A stretch of DNA of 64,000 nucleotides from an uncultured Desulfobacter sp. (lineage in GTDB: Bacteria > Desulfobacterota > Desulfobacteria > Desulfobacterales > Desulfobacteraceae): contig OY762069.1 of the NCBI GenBank assembly GCA_963665095.1, positions 2,528,001 to 2,592,000 on the forward strand, in the 5' to 3' direction. Shown piece by piece: positions 33,356 through 43,648 of this stretch. Under the pieces are notes generated by a model. It had not been told where the DNA came from, did no database searches, and saw only the letters and a list, made by a program, of their open reading frames with translations. The translations under genes were made by a program, and so were the position numbers. Position 1 is the first letter of the stretch, and each line of letters begins with the position of its first letter.

Positions 33356-35128
33356 ATGAACAACGATTATCTAATTGCCAACAAAATACGAAAAGAACTC
33401 AAACTGCAGGAACAGCGCCGGGATATCCTTTTCAGTGACGGAGAAAAAGCCCTTGACATGATTCTGGAGGCACCCTCCCCGGCTGCCCTGATCCAGTCTT
33501 TTCCAGACCAGGATCTGTATTACCTGATGCATAAAATTGGAATTCAGGATTTTATTCCGGTCCTGGCCATGGCCCAGTCCAGCCAGTGGGAATATATTCT
33601 CGACGTGGAGGTCTGGGATGATGACCGACTTGATCCGCGTATGATGACCCAGGTGTTTTCCCTTATATTTAAAGCCGATCCCCACCGGCTGCTGCGCTGG
33701 GCCATTACAGAGAAGCCTGATTTTGTAGAATACTATCTTTTCCGGAATATGCAGATTGTCATCCGGGAACACGATGAGCTGCCGCCTGAAGATTTTGACG
33801 ACTATATTACTCTGGATGACAAATTCTATTTCAGGTTTCCCGACAAATCACAGGCAAACCAGAATGATGCCCCGGATGAGCTGCTTCCCCAGGAAACACC
33901 CCGGGAGACAACCCTTAATGACGATGCGCCAGAGCTGATTGAACAGATGCTTAAGACCCTGGCAGGCATGGATTTATCCGTACTACACGGCCTGTTGCTT
34001 GAAACATCAGCTCTGCTGCCGGCTGAGGCGGAAGAAGAAGAGTTTCGGCTTAAAAATATCCGCCTGGCAGAAAAGGGATTTCTGCCGGCCCATGAGGCAG
34101 TAGGAATTTACCAGCAGGTCAGGGATCTTGATCTGCGGCAGCGCTCCGGGACAGCAGGTGAGGATCCGGTGACAAATCCGGATATCCCCATGCCCCCAAT
34201 CTACTTTACCCAGTTCACAAAAGACACAAGTCTGTTCGCCCAGGTTCTTGAAAGAATAAGTACGGATGGCGGGCTTTCCGGTCTCGACAGTGAACTGGCC
34301 GCGTTAATCAATAAAATCATCTCTGCCGACCGAATCCAGATCCGGGACAGGGAATCCATTGAGAACCCAGTTAAAAAGGCCATGGCCTATCTGAGTCTGG
34401 GTCTTGAAGTACTGATGCCGAAAGGGGCTTTCCCAATTGAAGCGGGTGCAGACCTTATAAAAAAATATTTTTTCGAAGATATCTTCAGAACCGGAGCCAG
34501 GGAAGGACAGCGCCTTCAGGCCCGCGTGCAGAAGTGGCACCAGACAAGCTTTGTCAAAAAGAAAAACCTGCCGCTGGGATTCCTGGGAGAAAATTATCTT
34601 GGGGTCATTGGCGGGCTTTTGATTCAACGGCCCATGTTTTTTGCCAACTACGCTGACAGGGAACTTTACAGAGACTTTTCAAGCCTCGCCGACATCAAGG
34701 CCACCCGGCGTATCGTGGATGAAATCATCTGCCTGGATGATTTTTTGAAAGGTCTGGACATTGATATCTTTACCCATACATCAGGAGTGCTTACTTATAA
34801 AAGTATGATTCTGACCCTGTGGGCCAGGGATCGCACGGGCCAGAACGCTTCAAATCCATTAAGTCTTGCGCCCATGGATGCCTCTTTGTTCAAAAATTTT
34901 TTTGCACAGCTTTTCAGTGATGCATCCGGGATCGGAGATACCGCTGCAAAGGATATAGCCCTGTGGGCGGCAACAATGTCGGGCGTTCACGAGACAAATC
35001 TGCCGGTTCCTTTCCAGGGTGTTCTGTATGCTTTAATAAGGGAAGTGGAATCAGAATACCAGAACGTCAACACCCGGGATCTGGATCCGAGATTCATGCC
35101 CCTGTTTCTTCTGGACCATCAGGGATAG
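33356..35128 (+). CDS. Conserved hypothetical protein (DUF6178-like)
   Basis: QWEYILDVEVW and RLAEKGF motifs recalled for this deltaproteobacterial family. Confidence 0.7.
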   Translation: MNNDYLIANKIRKELKLQEQRRDILFSDGEKALDMILEAPSPAALIQSFPDQDLYYLMHKIGIQDFIPVLAMAQSSQWEYILDVEVWDDDRLDPRMMTQVFSLIFKADPHRLLRWAITEKPDFVEYYLFRNMQIVIREHDELPPEDFDDYITLDDKFYFRFPDKSQANQNDAPDELLPQETPRETTLNDDAPELIEQMLKTLAGMDLSVLHGLLLETSALLPAEAEEEEFRLKNIRLAEKGFLPAHEAVGIYQQVRDLDLRQRSGTAGEDPVTNPDIPMPPIYFTQFTKDTSLFAQVLERISTDGGLSGLDSELAALINKIISADRIQIRDRESIENPVKKAMAYLSLGLEVLMPKGAFPIEAGADLIKKYFFEDIFRTGAREGQRLQARVQKWHQTSFVKKKNLPLGFLGENYLGVIGGLLIQRPMFFANYADRELYRDFSSLADIKATRRIVDEIICLDDFLKGLDIDIFTHTSGVLTYKSMILTLWARDRTGQNASNPLSLAPMDASLFKNFFAQLFSDASGIGDTAAKDIALWAATMSGVHETNLPVPFQGVLYALIREVESEYQNVNTRDLDPRFMPLFLLDHQG

Positions 35129-35174
35129 AACAGTAGTCTGATGCCTGGACCGGATATTTCCGGGCAGGCACTGC

Positions 35175-35915
35175 CTACTCTTCCGGATCAAAAATATACC
35201 CCACAGACCGCCTGCTTTTAAAATAGACCGGGGACTTTGGATCTGGTTCAAAATATTTCCGGAACCGGACAATAAAATTGTCCACAGTGCGGGTTGTGGT
35301 ATCTTTTGCATACCCCCACCCGGCTTTAAGCAGCATTTTACGGGACAACGCTTTTCCCTTGTGAGCAATGAATATACGCAAAAGGGTCACTTCCTGTTCT
35401 GTCAGGATGACATGGCCTGCGGTACAGGTAGCTTGTGAGGTTTCAAAATTAATGTAATTCTGCCCAAAGGAATAGGTATCGCCCTTAAAAAGCATCCGGT
35501 CGGTCTCTTCCAGCTCTCTTTTGGGGGGGGCATACCACTCCCGGCGTTTTAAAAGCCGCTCCACTCGCAAAAGGAACTCTTCCAAGTCAAAGGGCTTGGA
35601 CAAATAATCATCCACCCCGTATTTCAACCCTTTCACCTTATCCTGGGTGTCTCCCCGGGCCGACAAAATCAGCACCGGAATTTTCTCATCCTCCCGGCGG
35701 ATGGTCTGAAGAACGGAAAATCCGTCCACCATGGGCAGCATGATATCCAGTACAATGAGGTCCGGATGCCAGGCCCGCCAAAGCCTCAACCCTTCCACGC
35801 CGTCCGGGGCCACTGCAGCGTCATGGCCCTGCAGGGTCAGGTTCAGTTTAATGCCCTCAGCAATATGATTTTCATCCTCTATGACCAGGACACGCTTTTT
35901 TTCAGCCGTTTCCAT
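35175..35915 (-). CDS. OmpR-family response regulator
   Basis: LDIMLP, DDYLSKPF, RTVDNFIVRFRKYFE. Confidence 0.96.
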   Translation of the reverse strand: METAEKKRVLVIEDENHIAEGIKLNLTLQGHDAAVAPDGVEGLRLWRAWHPDLIVLDIMLPMVDGFSVLQTIRREDEKIPVLILSARGDTQDKVKGLKYGVDDYLSKPFDLEEFLLRVERLLKRREWYAPPKRELEETDRMLFKGDTYSFGQNYINFETSQATCTAGHVILTEQEVTLLRIFIAHKGKALSRKMLLKAGWGYAKDTTTRTVDNFIVRFRKYFEPDPKSPVYFKSRRSVGYIFDPEE

Positions 35916-36901
35916 AACTCTTTCTCTCTGACGCTGGCAATGCTTGCACGCGGTATGGTAATAGTAAATCTGGAGCCTTTTCCCTTGCCCTCACTGGACA
36001 CGGAGGCCCGCCAGCCATGGATACCTGCAATACTTGACACAAGATAAAGCCCTAAGCCCGATCCAGTGTTGCCTTCGGTATTATTCCGGGCTGCCTGGTA
36101 AAACTTGCGAAATATCTTTCTTGCATCCTTTTTATCCACTCCGATACCATTGTCAATGAAATCAATGGTAATTTTTTGCAGATGGCTTTTGAACCGGATG
36201 GTGAGGCAGGGGTTATCATCCTCATTATACCGAATGGCATTTGAAATAATATTCATCAGAAGAATTTCAAATAAAAACGAATTAACCGGATATTCAAATC
36301 TTGCTTTGGCGGGATTGTCAATCCGGATATCAAGATCCCTGAAAATGGAGGCATTCTTCCGACAAAAATTCTCCACAAATGCCACCATATCCTCCCGTGT
36401 CACCTTTGAGCCGAAATTCTGGCTCTCAATCCTGGCCAGATCAAGTATCCGGTTGATATTCTCGGTGAGACGGTCAATATCCTTAAGCATACTGGTGCTG
36501 TATTTTTTTACGTCTTCCGGATCCATGGGGTGTCGAATAAAAGTTTCAAGGTAAAGCCGCAGGGAGGTAACAGGGGTTTTCAGCTCATGGGTAAAATTAT
36601 AGATAAAATTGTGCTGGAGCCGGAACAAATTCACGGTTTTCTGATAATAAATAAAGGCCAGAAGGATGCCGGCCAGTACCACAGCAATCAAAAGACTTAA
36701 CACCAGAATCGTCATCCCGGTTTTGGAAGGGAATATGGCCTGGGGCGCTATATTGAACTTGAGCATCACCACTTCAAGTGCTGACCGGATCTCCATGTAC
36801 AGGCTGACGGTGAGTACCAGGAATGTGGCCAACGCAAAAATGGAGCAGGCAAAAATAAATACCGGATGAAGATACCAGCGGGAAGGGTTCAGAATCTGCA
36901 T
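35879..36901 (-). CDS. Membrane sensor histidine kinase
   Basis: FTHELKTP, DNGIG, GSGLGL. Confidence 0.95.
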   Translation of the reverse strand: MQILNPSRWYLHPVFIFACSIFALATFLVLTVSLYMEIRSALEVVMLKFNIAPQAIFPSKTGMTILVLSLLIAVVLAGILLAFIYYQKTVNLFRLQHNFIYNFTHELKTPVTSLRLYLETFIRHPMDPEDVKKYSTSMLKDIDRLTENINRILDLARIESQNFGSKVTREDMVAFVENFCRKNASIFRDLDIRIDNPAKARFEYPVNSFLFEILLMNIISNAIRYNEDDNPCLTIRFKSHLQKITIDFIDNGIGVDKKDARKIFRKFYQAARNNTEGNTGSGLGLYLVSSIAGIHGWRASVSSEGKGKGSRFTITIPRASIASVREKELWKRLKKSVSWS

Positions 36902-36904
36902 AGG

Positions 36905-38146
36905 TCAGTGCTCTTCTTTCAGCTCCGGGAAAGTGATGGTAAACTTCACCCCCTTGCCCGGGGCGGATTCCATATCGATTCTGCCCTTCAAGGTCTGGGT
37001 GACCAGGTTGAACAGAATGGACATACCAAGGCCGGTGCCACCTTTACCGCGCATGGTGGTAAAAAAAGGATCAAATATTTTTTCCTTTTGCTCGTCATTC
37101 ATTCCCATGCCGGTATCACTGTATGTGAATACCACCTCCTGGTTCTCAAACCGGACCTTTATATTCATGGCACCATTCTCCATCTGTTTAAACCCATGGA
37201 GAAGAGAGTTATTAATCAAATTACTTATTATCTGGGAAACCGCACCGGGATAAGAGGAAACGCTGATATTGTCAGGACAGTCCACCTCAATGGTATGGCT
37301 GGTTTTTTTGTACTTGGGCCGCAAACTGAGCAGCACTTCATCAATATATTCCTTTACATTGAACCGCCGCAGATTCTGACTGGACTGGTCCACTGCCACC
37401 TGTTTAAAGCTGGAAATCAGCTCGGCTGCCCGCTGCATATTGATCAGGATTGAATTTGAGATCTCCTTTGTTGTGTTCAAAAAGGCCTCAAGCTCACTGC
37501 GTTTCAGCTGTCCTGCCTGATAAGAGGTCATAAACTCTTTGGTCTTTGCATCAAGAAATGACGCTGCGGTTACGCCGACTCCCACTGGCGTGTTGATCTC
37601 ATGGGCCACACCGGCCACAAGCTCCCCTAAAGCAGCCATTTTTTCGGACTGAACCAGCCGGTCCCGCGTTTCCTTCAAGGTGTCCAGGGAAACCTGAAGC
37701 TCTTTATTGGTTATTTCAAGGTCGTTCCGGTATTTTTCCTTTTCCTCAATCAGATTTCTGCGTTCAAACGCTTTATTGACCGCATGAAATAACACATTCA
37801 TGTCCTGGACAGGCTTGATAATGTAATCCCAGGCACCTAAACGCAGGGCTTCAACGGTATCACCAATATTCCCTGCACCGGAAACAATAATGATGGGAAT
37901 GCTGTCATCCAGCTTGGAAACCTGGGACAAAACCTCCAGGCCATCCATCACAGGCATACGCAAATCGCAAAGAATGAGATCCGGATGCTCCCTGGTAACG
38001 ATTTCAAGGCCCACCTTTCCATTTTCTGCTTGCATTACTTCAAAATCATAATCCTCCAGGAACCCAATGATTGAATCCCGGATATAAACTTCATCATCAA
38101 TGACAAGAATTTTTTTCCCTGCATTATCAAACATTTGCTTCGTCAT
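36905..38146 (-). CDS. REC-histidine kinase hybrid
   Basis: ILVIDDE, CDLRMP, LVAGVAHEINTP, GGTGLG. Confidence 0.95.
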   Translation of the reverse strand: MTKQMFDNAGKKILVIDDEVYIRDSIIGFLEDYDFEVMQAENGKVGLEIVTREHPDLILCDLRMPVMDGLEVLSQVSKLDDSIPIIIVSGAGNIGDTVEALRLGAWDYIIKPVQDMNVLFHAVNKAFERRNLIEEKEKYRNDLEITNKELQVSLDTLKETRDRLVQSEKMAALGELVAGVAHEINTPVGVGVTAASFLDAKTKEFMTSYQAGQLKRSELEAFLNTTKEISNSILINMQRAAELISSFKQVAVDQSSQNLRRFNVKEYIDEVLLSLRPKYKKTSHTIEVDCPDNISVSSYPGAVSQIISNLINNSLLHGFKQMENGAMNIKVRFENQEVVFTYSDTGMGMNDEQKEKIFDPFFTTMRGKGGTGLGMSILFNLVTQTLKGRIDMESAPGKGVKFTITFPELKEEH

Positions 38147-38422
38147 CCTTCTGGATCATGAAAGTTAACGGTCAAGGGCTATGACACATCCCTGAACTTA
38201 TTTTGTTATAGAAGTTTTCGCCGTTTTTTAAAGGGGTTAATATCGTCCTTCTTACGAACTTTAATTACATATCAGCATACCATGATTTTATAGGTTTATT
38301 ATTTCTTTAAATGAAAAAAAGTCAAGATATTATTGCCGTTCAGAGCAAAAAGGTACAAAAGAATATCAGGATATGCTTGACCCGGATCGGCCAAAAAGAT
38401 AATACATTTCGCACATCAGTTA

Positions 38423-38665
38423 ATGGAGGAAACTGTGACGGGAAAATATATATTATTTTGTGAATATGTTCATTGCTGTGGAAAACAAAAAGTGATTCTT
38501 GGAGAAACTGACAGTGAACCCAGGGCAGCCGAGTGGGTAAAACTTCAGGAGGAACAAGGCGGAAGGCCCCGACTTCCACAAAATGATCTGGTGCTTAACT
38601 GCCCGGTTAACCATTGTCCGGCAAAGCGCCAGACTCCCCGGTATGACTACTGCCAAGCGATTTGA
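38423..38665 (+). CDS. Small Cys-rich hypothetical protein
   Basis: 80-aa intergenic ORF with HCCG and CPVNHCP. Confidence 0.5.
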   Translation: MEETVTGKYILFCEYVHCCGKQKVILGETDSEPRAAEWVKLQEEQGGRPRLPQNDLVLNCPVNHCPAKRQTPRYDYCQAI

Positions 38666-38707
38666 ACCTGAACCCAAAATCACACTTCATAATGGAGGCG
38701 CACCCTT

Positions 38708-39946
38708 TCAGTTCAGGTTGGACCCGGCTGTTTCCGGAACTATTAAGGCCTGGGTGACAGCAGAAAGACTGGCACTGTTTAGTATTTTTAATTCCTTATT
38801 GTATCTGGAGCAAAGATGTTTGACTTTTAAGCAGGCATTGTGGCTGTTGCAGCTGACAGGACAGACAACAATATCGCACCGTCTGACTTTGGCAGCAAGA
38901 TCTGCATTACTATTTTTCAGATAACCGTCATGATAATCAAACTCACCCCCTGCCTTTTCAACGATCTGTCGGTAATATGATTTCATTTTTGTGATTCCGC
39001 CTATCATAAAAATACGCCTGGCGCAGAGACGGTGATTTGGGCAGTTATCCCTTGAGCAGGCCCCTTGTATCGGACAGGCTGTTAACTCCTCAGGAGACGC
39101 TATCTCGTTAACCCCGGCAGCTGAAAAAACAGAAGAGAGCTGGGTCAACTCTTCCTTAAGCATGGCATTCTCACTCCTGAGACTGAACAGCTGAATTTCA
39201 AGCTGCTTTCTTTCCCGTTCGATACGCAGATTTTCCTCTTTTTGTTGTTCAACGGCCTGTTTAAGGTCGAAAATCTGCCTTCCACCTTCCTGAAGTGCTT
39301 GTGCGGGTTTTCTGGTCTGATTTTGAAATTCGTCTAGTTTGACTTTCAGGCGTGCCTTTTCCATGACTGCGGTCTCTTTTTCCCGGGAGGCCTGTTTCAA
39401 CTCCCTGGCCAGTTCCCGGATACGTTCACTTTTTTCACGGGTTGTCTGCTTTTCCCGAGATAACGCCTGGTCTGCCTTTTCAAGGTGTTTGCGGATGGTA
39501 AACACTTCGTTCATATTTGCATGGGAAAGCATATGGACCTCTCCATGGATATCCTGGAGAAGCTCTATGTCTGTGTCCCTGTGAGAGACAATGGCATACA
39601 TGACAGGACCGATAACGCCTTGTTCCGCATATTTTTCCCAAAGTTTTCTGACGCCCTTTGCATCTTTCTTCTCATAAAGAGCAGCCACCTCTTTCATGTA
39701 TTTCAAGGATTGATGGCGGATATAGTTGTTTGTTTTTCTGGAAACAGCATTTTCATCCCCCACGCATCCCATAAGATAGCTGTGATATTCATAGGGTTTC
39801 AACACGCTGACATCCCATCCGCATTTTTTTAGAATACTTTTATGTTTTTCCACCGTCAGCATGGCGCCTATTACAGGGCATTTAAAATTGCGCTCAATTT
39901 CCCAAATATTTAAGAATTCACTCATGGTGCCCATAGATAACTCCAA
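38708..39946 (-). CDS. DUF2325-domain protein with coiled coil
   Basis: CPVIG, VHMLSH, and C-terminal IGG..YHDG..CPVSCNSHNAC. Confidence 0.8.
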   Translation of the reverse strand: MELSMGTMSEFLNIWEIERNFKCPVIGAMLTVEKHKSILKKCGWDVSVLKPYEYHSYLMGCVGDENAVSRKTNNYIRHQSLKYMKEVAALYEKKDAKGVRKLWEKYAEQGVIGPVMYAIVSHRDTDIELLQDIHGEVHMLSHANMNEVFTIRKHLEKADQALSREKQTTREKSERIRELARELKQASREKETAVMEKARLKVKLDEFQNQTRKPAQALQEGGRQIFDLKQAVEQQKEENLRIERERKQLEIQLFSLRSENAMLKEELTQLSSVFSAAGVNEIASPEELTACPIQGACSRDNCPNHRLCARRIFMIGGITKMKSYYRQIVEKAGGEFDYHDGYLKNSNADLAAKVRRCDIVVCPVSCNSHNACLKVKHLCSRYNKELKILNSASLSAVTQALIVPETAGSNLN

Positions 39947-40080
39947 ACTTTATTATGAATTTATTTTAAGTTAGACAAAACTAATTTTTAGTTAAATATA
40001 TAACTAATTCCAAAATGTCAACAAATAAATATCAATTTGATGTCGATTAATTAGTAACGAGAAAACAAAGAAGAGGGGTA

Positions 40081-40119
40081 AAAAAAATAAAAACCCGGCA
40101 GTCGAAACTGCCGGGTTTT
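40081..40119 (-). terminator. Rho-independent terminator following the tRNA-like 3' remnant
   Basis: 13-bp stem (40090-40102/40107-40119), TTCG loop and T-tract on the minus strand. Confidence 0.85.
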
Positions 40120-40135
40120 ATAATATCTTTTAAAG

Positions 40136-40144
40136 TGGCTCCCC
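40136..40144 (-). other. Putative att core: tRNA 3'-end remnant GGGGAGCCA
   Basis: Ends in CCA 16 nt before a terminator at the composition and gene-content switch. Only 9 bp, so supported mainly by context. Confidence 0.6.
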
Positions 40145-40603
40145 GATTCATCCGCAGAGCGAACCAAGTCAGTTTCAGAGCTAATCCCCTGTTTTTTCAG
40201 GTATAACAGCAAACAGAAAGCCTTACTTAAAGGTGCAAAACCTGACAGTTTTCCGGCAAACAAGGCGATCACAAAGAGGGATTGGGAACAATCATTACGT
40301 CCCCAAAAAAAGCCGGTCAATCCAGTTGCAATAGGTTTGCAGTTCATTGAATACCTCGAAAACAATCCGTCTGCAACATATCAAACCTTAGCTGATGAAT
40401 CCAAAATCACTAAGGCAAGGGTATGCCAGATGGTCGCACTTGTCAGAAGGCTGCCAGCAGAAATCATTGATTTCCTAAAGGAATCGGAAGATCCGCAGAT
40501 CTTGAGCCTGTTTACAGAACGGAAATTAAGGCCGCTTACCTTGATGCCGTCTGATGATGATAAATTATTGAGTTTCAATAAGATGAGGGCTGAATTTGAG
40601 TGA
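40136..40603 (+). pseudogene. Start-less reading frame with an HTH-like segment, possibly the detached C-terminus of a recombinase gene
   Basis: Open from WLP at 40136 to TGA at 40603; in-frame stop at 40121; contains YQTLADESKITKARVCQ. Confidence 0.55.
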
Positions 40604-40624
40604 TTTAGATCCCGGCAATCAACC

Positions 40625-40918
40625 ATGAAAGGAGATATGATGAGACCATACATCCACCACATCCACAAACTGGAAAATGATAATCCAGGCGAACACATCG
40701 CAACCGTTAAGGGTAAGGTTCATTTCAGAAAATGGGTCAAGAGACGCTATTTCGAAAAATGTGGCTCAAGGGTTTGTTTCTGTCTGGATGCAGACAGCCC
40801 ATATTATGGTGTCATTCCGTTTGTGGCCCTGAAAGGCAAGAGCAAGGTGAAGGATCGGATTATTTTTTTTAGGATCGGGTGTGAACCGGACAATCCAGTT
40901 AACGATATCCCGTTTTGA
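40625..40918 (+). CDS. Small hypothetical protein
   Basis: AGGAG RBS suggests the real start is near 40637-40640. Confidence 0.55.
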   Translation: MKGDMMRPYIHHIHKLENDNPGEHIATVKGKVHFRKWVKRRYFEKCGSRVCFCLDADSPYYGVIPFVALKGKSKVKDRIIFFRIGCEPDNPVNDIPF

Positions 40919-41030
40919 TTAATAAAGAAAAGCTTAGGAGGTGAGAGATATGAATGATAATTGTCCGCCATTTTCAAGCTGAATAAATATTTCAAAATTT
41001 TTTTAAATTTTCGTCACAAAGCAGTTCCAA

Positions 41031-41073
41031 ATTTTGCTAAGGACATTTATATTTTGCTAAATTGATTTAGCAA
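41031..41073. promoter_or_regulatory. Putative XRE operator
   Basis: ATTTTGCTAA at 41031 and 41051; inverted repeat TTGCTAAAT-tg-ATTTAGCAA at 41054-41073. Confidence 0.6.
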
Positions 41074-41107
41074 GATTTATATATTAGTTATGAAATACGG
41101 AGTAACT

Positions 41108-41440
41108 ATGGCAAACAAAATCGGAAAATACCTTAAAGATAAACGGTTGCAGAAACGACTCACACTTCGGCAGGTAGAGGAACAGACTGAGATAAAGAAC
41201 GCATATCTTAGCCAACTTGAAAATGGTAAAATTGAGAAACCTTCGCCAAAGTATCTGCACAAGCTCGCAGGGGCTTATGGAGTTCCTTATGCCATGCTGC
41301 TTGAGATGGCAGGATATCCTTCTTTTGATGAAGAGAGCAATATTAAAAGATTTGTTTCAAATGAACTGAACACAATAACATCAGATGAAGAAGAAAAACT
41401 TATTGAATACCTTCGTTTTCTTCGGAGCACAAAAAAGTGA
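41108..41440 (+). CDS. XRE-family HTH regulator
   Basis: LTLRQVEEQTEIKNAYLSQLENG..PS; alternative start at 41090. Confidence 0.92.
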   Translation: MANKIGKYLKDKRLQKRLTLRQVEEQTEIKNAYLSQLENGKIEKPSPKYLHKLAGAYGVPYAMLLEMAGYPSFDEESNIKRFVSNELNTITSDEEEKLIEYLRFLRSTKK

Positions 41441-41447
41441 GAACATA

Positions 41448-42401
41448 ATGGACTGGTCTATTTCAAAAGCAAAGCTGTTTCAATCATGTCAGCGCAAATG
41501 GTACTTCACAAACATTGCCAGATGGAATGCCAAGAAAAAGCCTATCAAACGGGAGGCTTATCTTCTAAAAAGCCTCCAGTCTATTCAAGCTTGGAGAGGG
41601 TCTCTTGTAGATATGGTCATAGAAAAGAGGATACTTCTCCCTATATATTTCGGAAATCCAATACCTAATGAAGATTCAGTGATATCATATGCATTATCGT
41701 TAGCAGATAAGCAGCTAAATTTCGGTATAAATAAACGGCATCTCGAAAAGGGAATGACAAAAAGCAAAGCAGGAGAAGAATTCGCAGCCTTTTTTGATGT
41801 CGAGTACAATGGGGGACTTGATCCTGATAAGATTGAACATGCAAAACAGGAAATAAAGACAGCGATCCAGAATTTCTACAAATTACCTATACTTCCAGAA
41901 CTCACCGACCCTAATACAAAATTGATAATTCAACGTAGCCTAAAGTTCCCCTATAACGGATTCAATGTAACAGCCATACCCGATCTCATAATCTTTAAAG
42001 AAGGCAAGCCTCCTCATATAATCGATTGGAAAGTACACGAAGGAAGATATACAGATTACTGGCAGCAGTTGACTGTTTATGCCTATGTTCTAAACCAAGT
42101 TGCTAATCTTAAGGCGCATAAGGATTTTCCACGATCATTTGTATCTGACATTCCAGACCCTCAGACTTATTCAATTACAGAATATCAGTTGCTGAAAGGA
42201 ATCTCTAAGCCTTATACGATATCACAAGAGGATATCAATCATGTAGAAGATTTGATCCACATTACAGGCGAATGGATGCAGGAATATTCCGAAGAAATAG
42301 AGACTCTTTCTCCAAAAGATTTCCAGACCACTCTTTTCCCTGCTTCATGCGTTGCCTGTAGTTTTAAAAAGCTCTGTCAGGAGGTTGAAAACAATGAATA
42401 G
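41448..42401 (+). CDS. Cas4-like PD-(D/E)XK nuclease, Argonaute-associated, 317 aa
   Basis: IPDL..IIDWK..QLTVY nuclease motifs; one N-terminal Cys (SCQRKWY) plus CxxCxxxxxC; stop overlaps the Argonaute start by 8 bp. Confidence 0.88.
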   Translation: MDWSISKAKLFQSCQRKWYFTNIARWNAKKKPIKREAYLLKSLQSIQAWRGSLVDMVIEKRILLPIYFGNPIPNEDSVISYALSLADKQLNFGINKRHLEKGMTKSKAGEEFAAFFDVEYNGGLDPDKIEHAKQEIKTAIQNFYKLPILPELTDPNTKLIIQRSLKFPYNGFNVTAIPDLIIFKEGKPPHIIDWKVHEGRYTDYWQQLTVYAYVLNQVANLKAHKDFPRSFVSDIPDPQTYSITEYQLLKGISKPYTISQEDINHVEDLIHITGEWMQEYSEEIETLSPKDFQTTLFPASCVACSFKKLCQEVENNE

Positions 42402-42827
42402 GAATGAGATCAATGCATTTGAGATTACCAATCTGAAAGAATTATCATGTGACTATGATTTGTACTCGGTGAAAGGTCTATCACGTGACCCGGATAACCC
42501 TTCTGAATATGAAAAAAGGTTTAATAAGCTTATAACCTCAATGTCGTTTAAGACATGGTCGCCATGCGTTCGTCTAGTAAAAGACGGTGTCCACTATATC
42601 GCCCAACCAACAGGTTCTAAAGAGTTGCCGAAAAAATGGGGAGTCATTGGTGGAAGCAATGTAATAATTGAGAAGCTTCCTGAAAGCTTTCACCTTGATT
42701 TTGATAATCTTGATTCAGACACTATCCATCTTGCGATTAGATTCCTGCAAGCCCAGATAATCAGGACACTTGCAACCCATCCAGAACTCTGGCAGCCAAG
42801 CTCTGCTGGTGGCGCAGTATACCTAAG
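42394..42827 (+). pseudogene. ago: Long prokaryotic Argonaute, 5' fragment (144 codons) before the IS
   Basis: GGAGG RBS, ATG at 42394; joins 46376 in frame when the IS and one CTAAG copy are removed. Confidence 0.88.
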
Positions 42828-42966
42828 GTGAGAATGATCACAAAAAATCATGGAAAAATTAAAGATAATTTGCAAGATATGCCAGGGATGAGGCAGAAGC
42901 TCCCCCGTTTATCTCGCAAATAATCAATGGAACTTCTGCCCCTATTACCCTAACAGGGCAGGAGAT

Positions 42967-43542
42967 ATGCTATCAGAACTTATTAAAAACAAAAATCTTT
43001 TTTTCCATCTTTACGAAATCGATAAAAATACAGCAAAACAGTACAGACAGTTGCCTTGTCCGCATTGTGGAGGCCCCTTATATTTCAGCAATTACATGCG
43101 CAAGCCCCGGGGAGAGCCTGAGGGCGTGCCGGAGGAATTCTTTATTCAGTTCAGCCTATGTTGTGGAACCGAAGGGTGTCGCAAAAGATTGATGCCGCCG
43201 TCCTGCCGTTTTCTGGGGAGAAAAGTCTACTGGTTTGCAGTTATTCTGTGTGTTTTAACAGACTGGCAAAATACCAATGAAAAAATCACCGTTTATGATT
43301 TGTCCATACGAACTGGCATTAGCCGGAACACAATAAACCGCTGGCTTGCCTTTTTTCAGGATACATTTCCAGTGAGCCGAACCTGGCGAAGGCTTCGGGG
43401 GCAGATATCCGCTGGTGTCAGTAACAGCCGTCTGCCGTCAAGTTTCATCAATTATTGCCGGGCGGTGAAATCCAACGCCGAAAACGCACTTGTATCAAGC
43501 CTGATAATCTTATCAGGCGGGTCCAAAATCAGGGCCGGATAA
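42967..43542 (+). CDS. IS accessory protein with a Cys cluster and HTH
   Basis: CPHCGG, CCGTEGCRKR, GISRNTINRW. Confidence 0.8.
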   Translation: MLSELIKNKNLFFHLYEIDKNTAKQYRQLPCPHCGGPLYFSNYMRKPRGEPEGVPEEFFIQFSLCCGTEGCRKRLMPPSCRFLGRKVYWFAVILCVLTDWQNTNEKITVYDLSIRTGISRNTINRWLAFFQDTFPVSRTWRRLRGQISAGVSNSRLPSSFINYCRAVKSNAENALVSSLIILSGGSKIRAG

Positions 43543-43648
43543 TCTCGCGCAGAGGATGAACATAGACAAATATATGCAGGCTGTTTTACCACCTGATTTC
43601 AGACGTTGATCCGAAATTTTAACCTGAAATTAAAAAGGAGCCTGATTT

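Noticed and set aside
40120..40215. Complete tRNA gene
   Set aside because: Only the last ~9 nt are tRNA-like; I could not find a T-arm or cloverleaf.
41448..42401. CRISPR-Cas locus suggested by the Cas4-like gene
   Set aside because: I saw no repeat-spacer array and no cas1, cas2 or effector genes; the nuclease is coupled to Argonaute.
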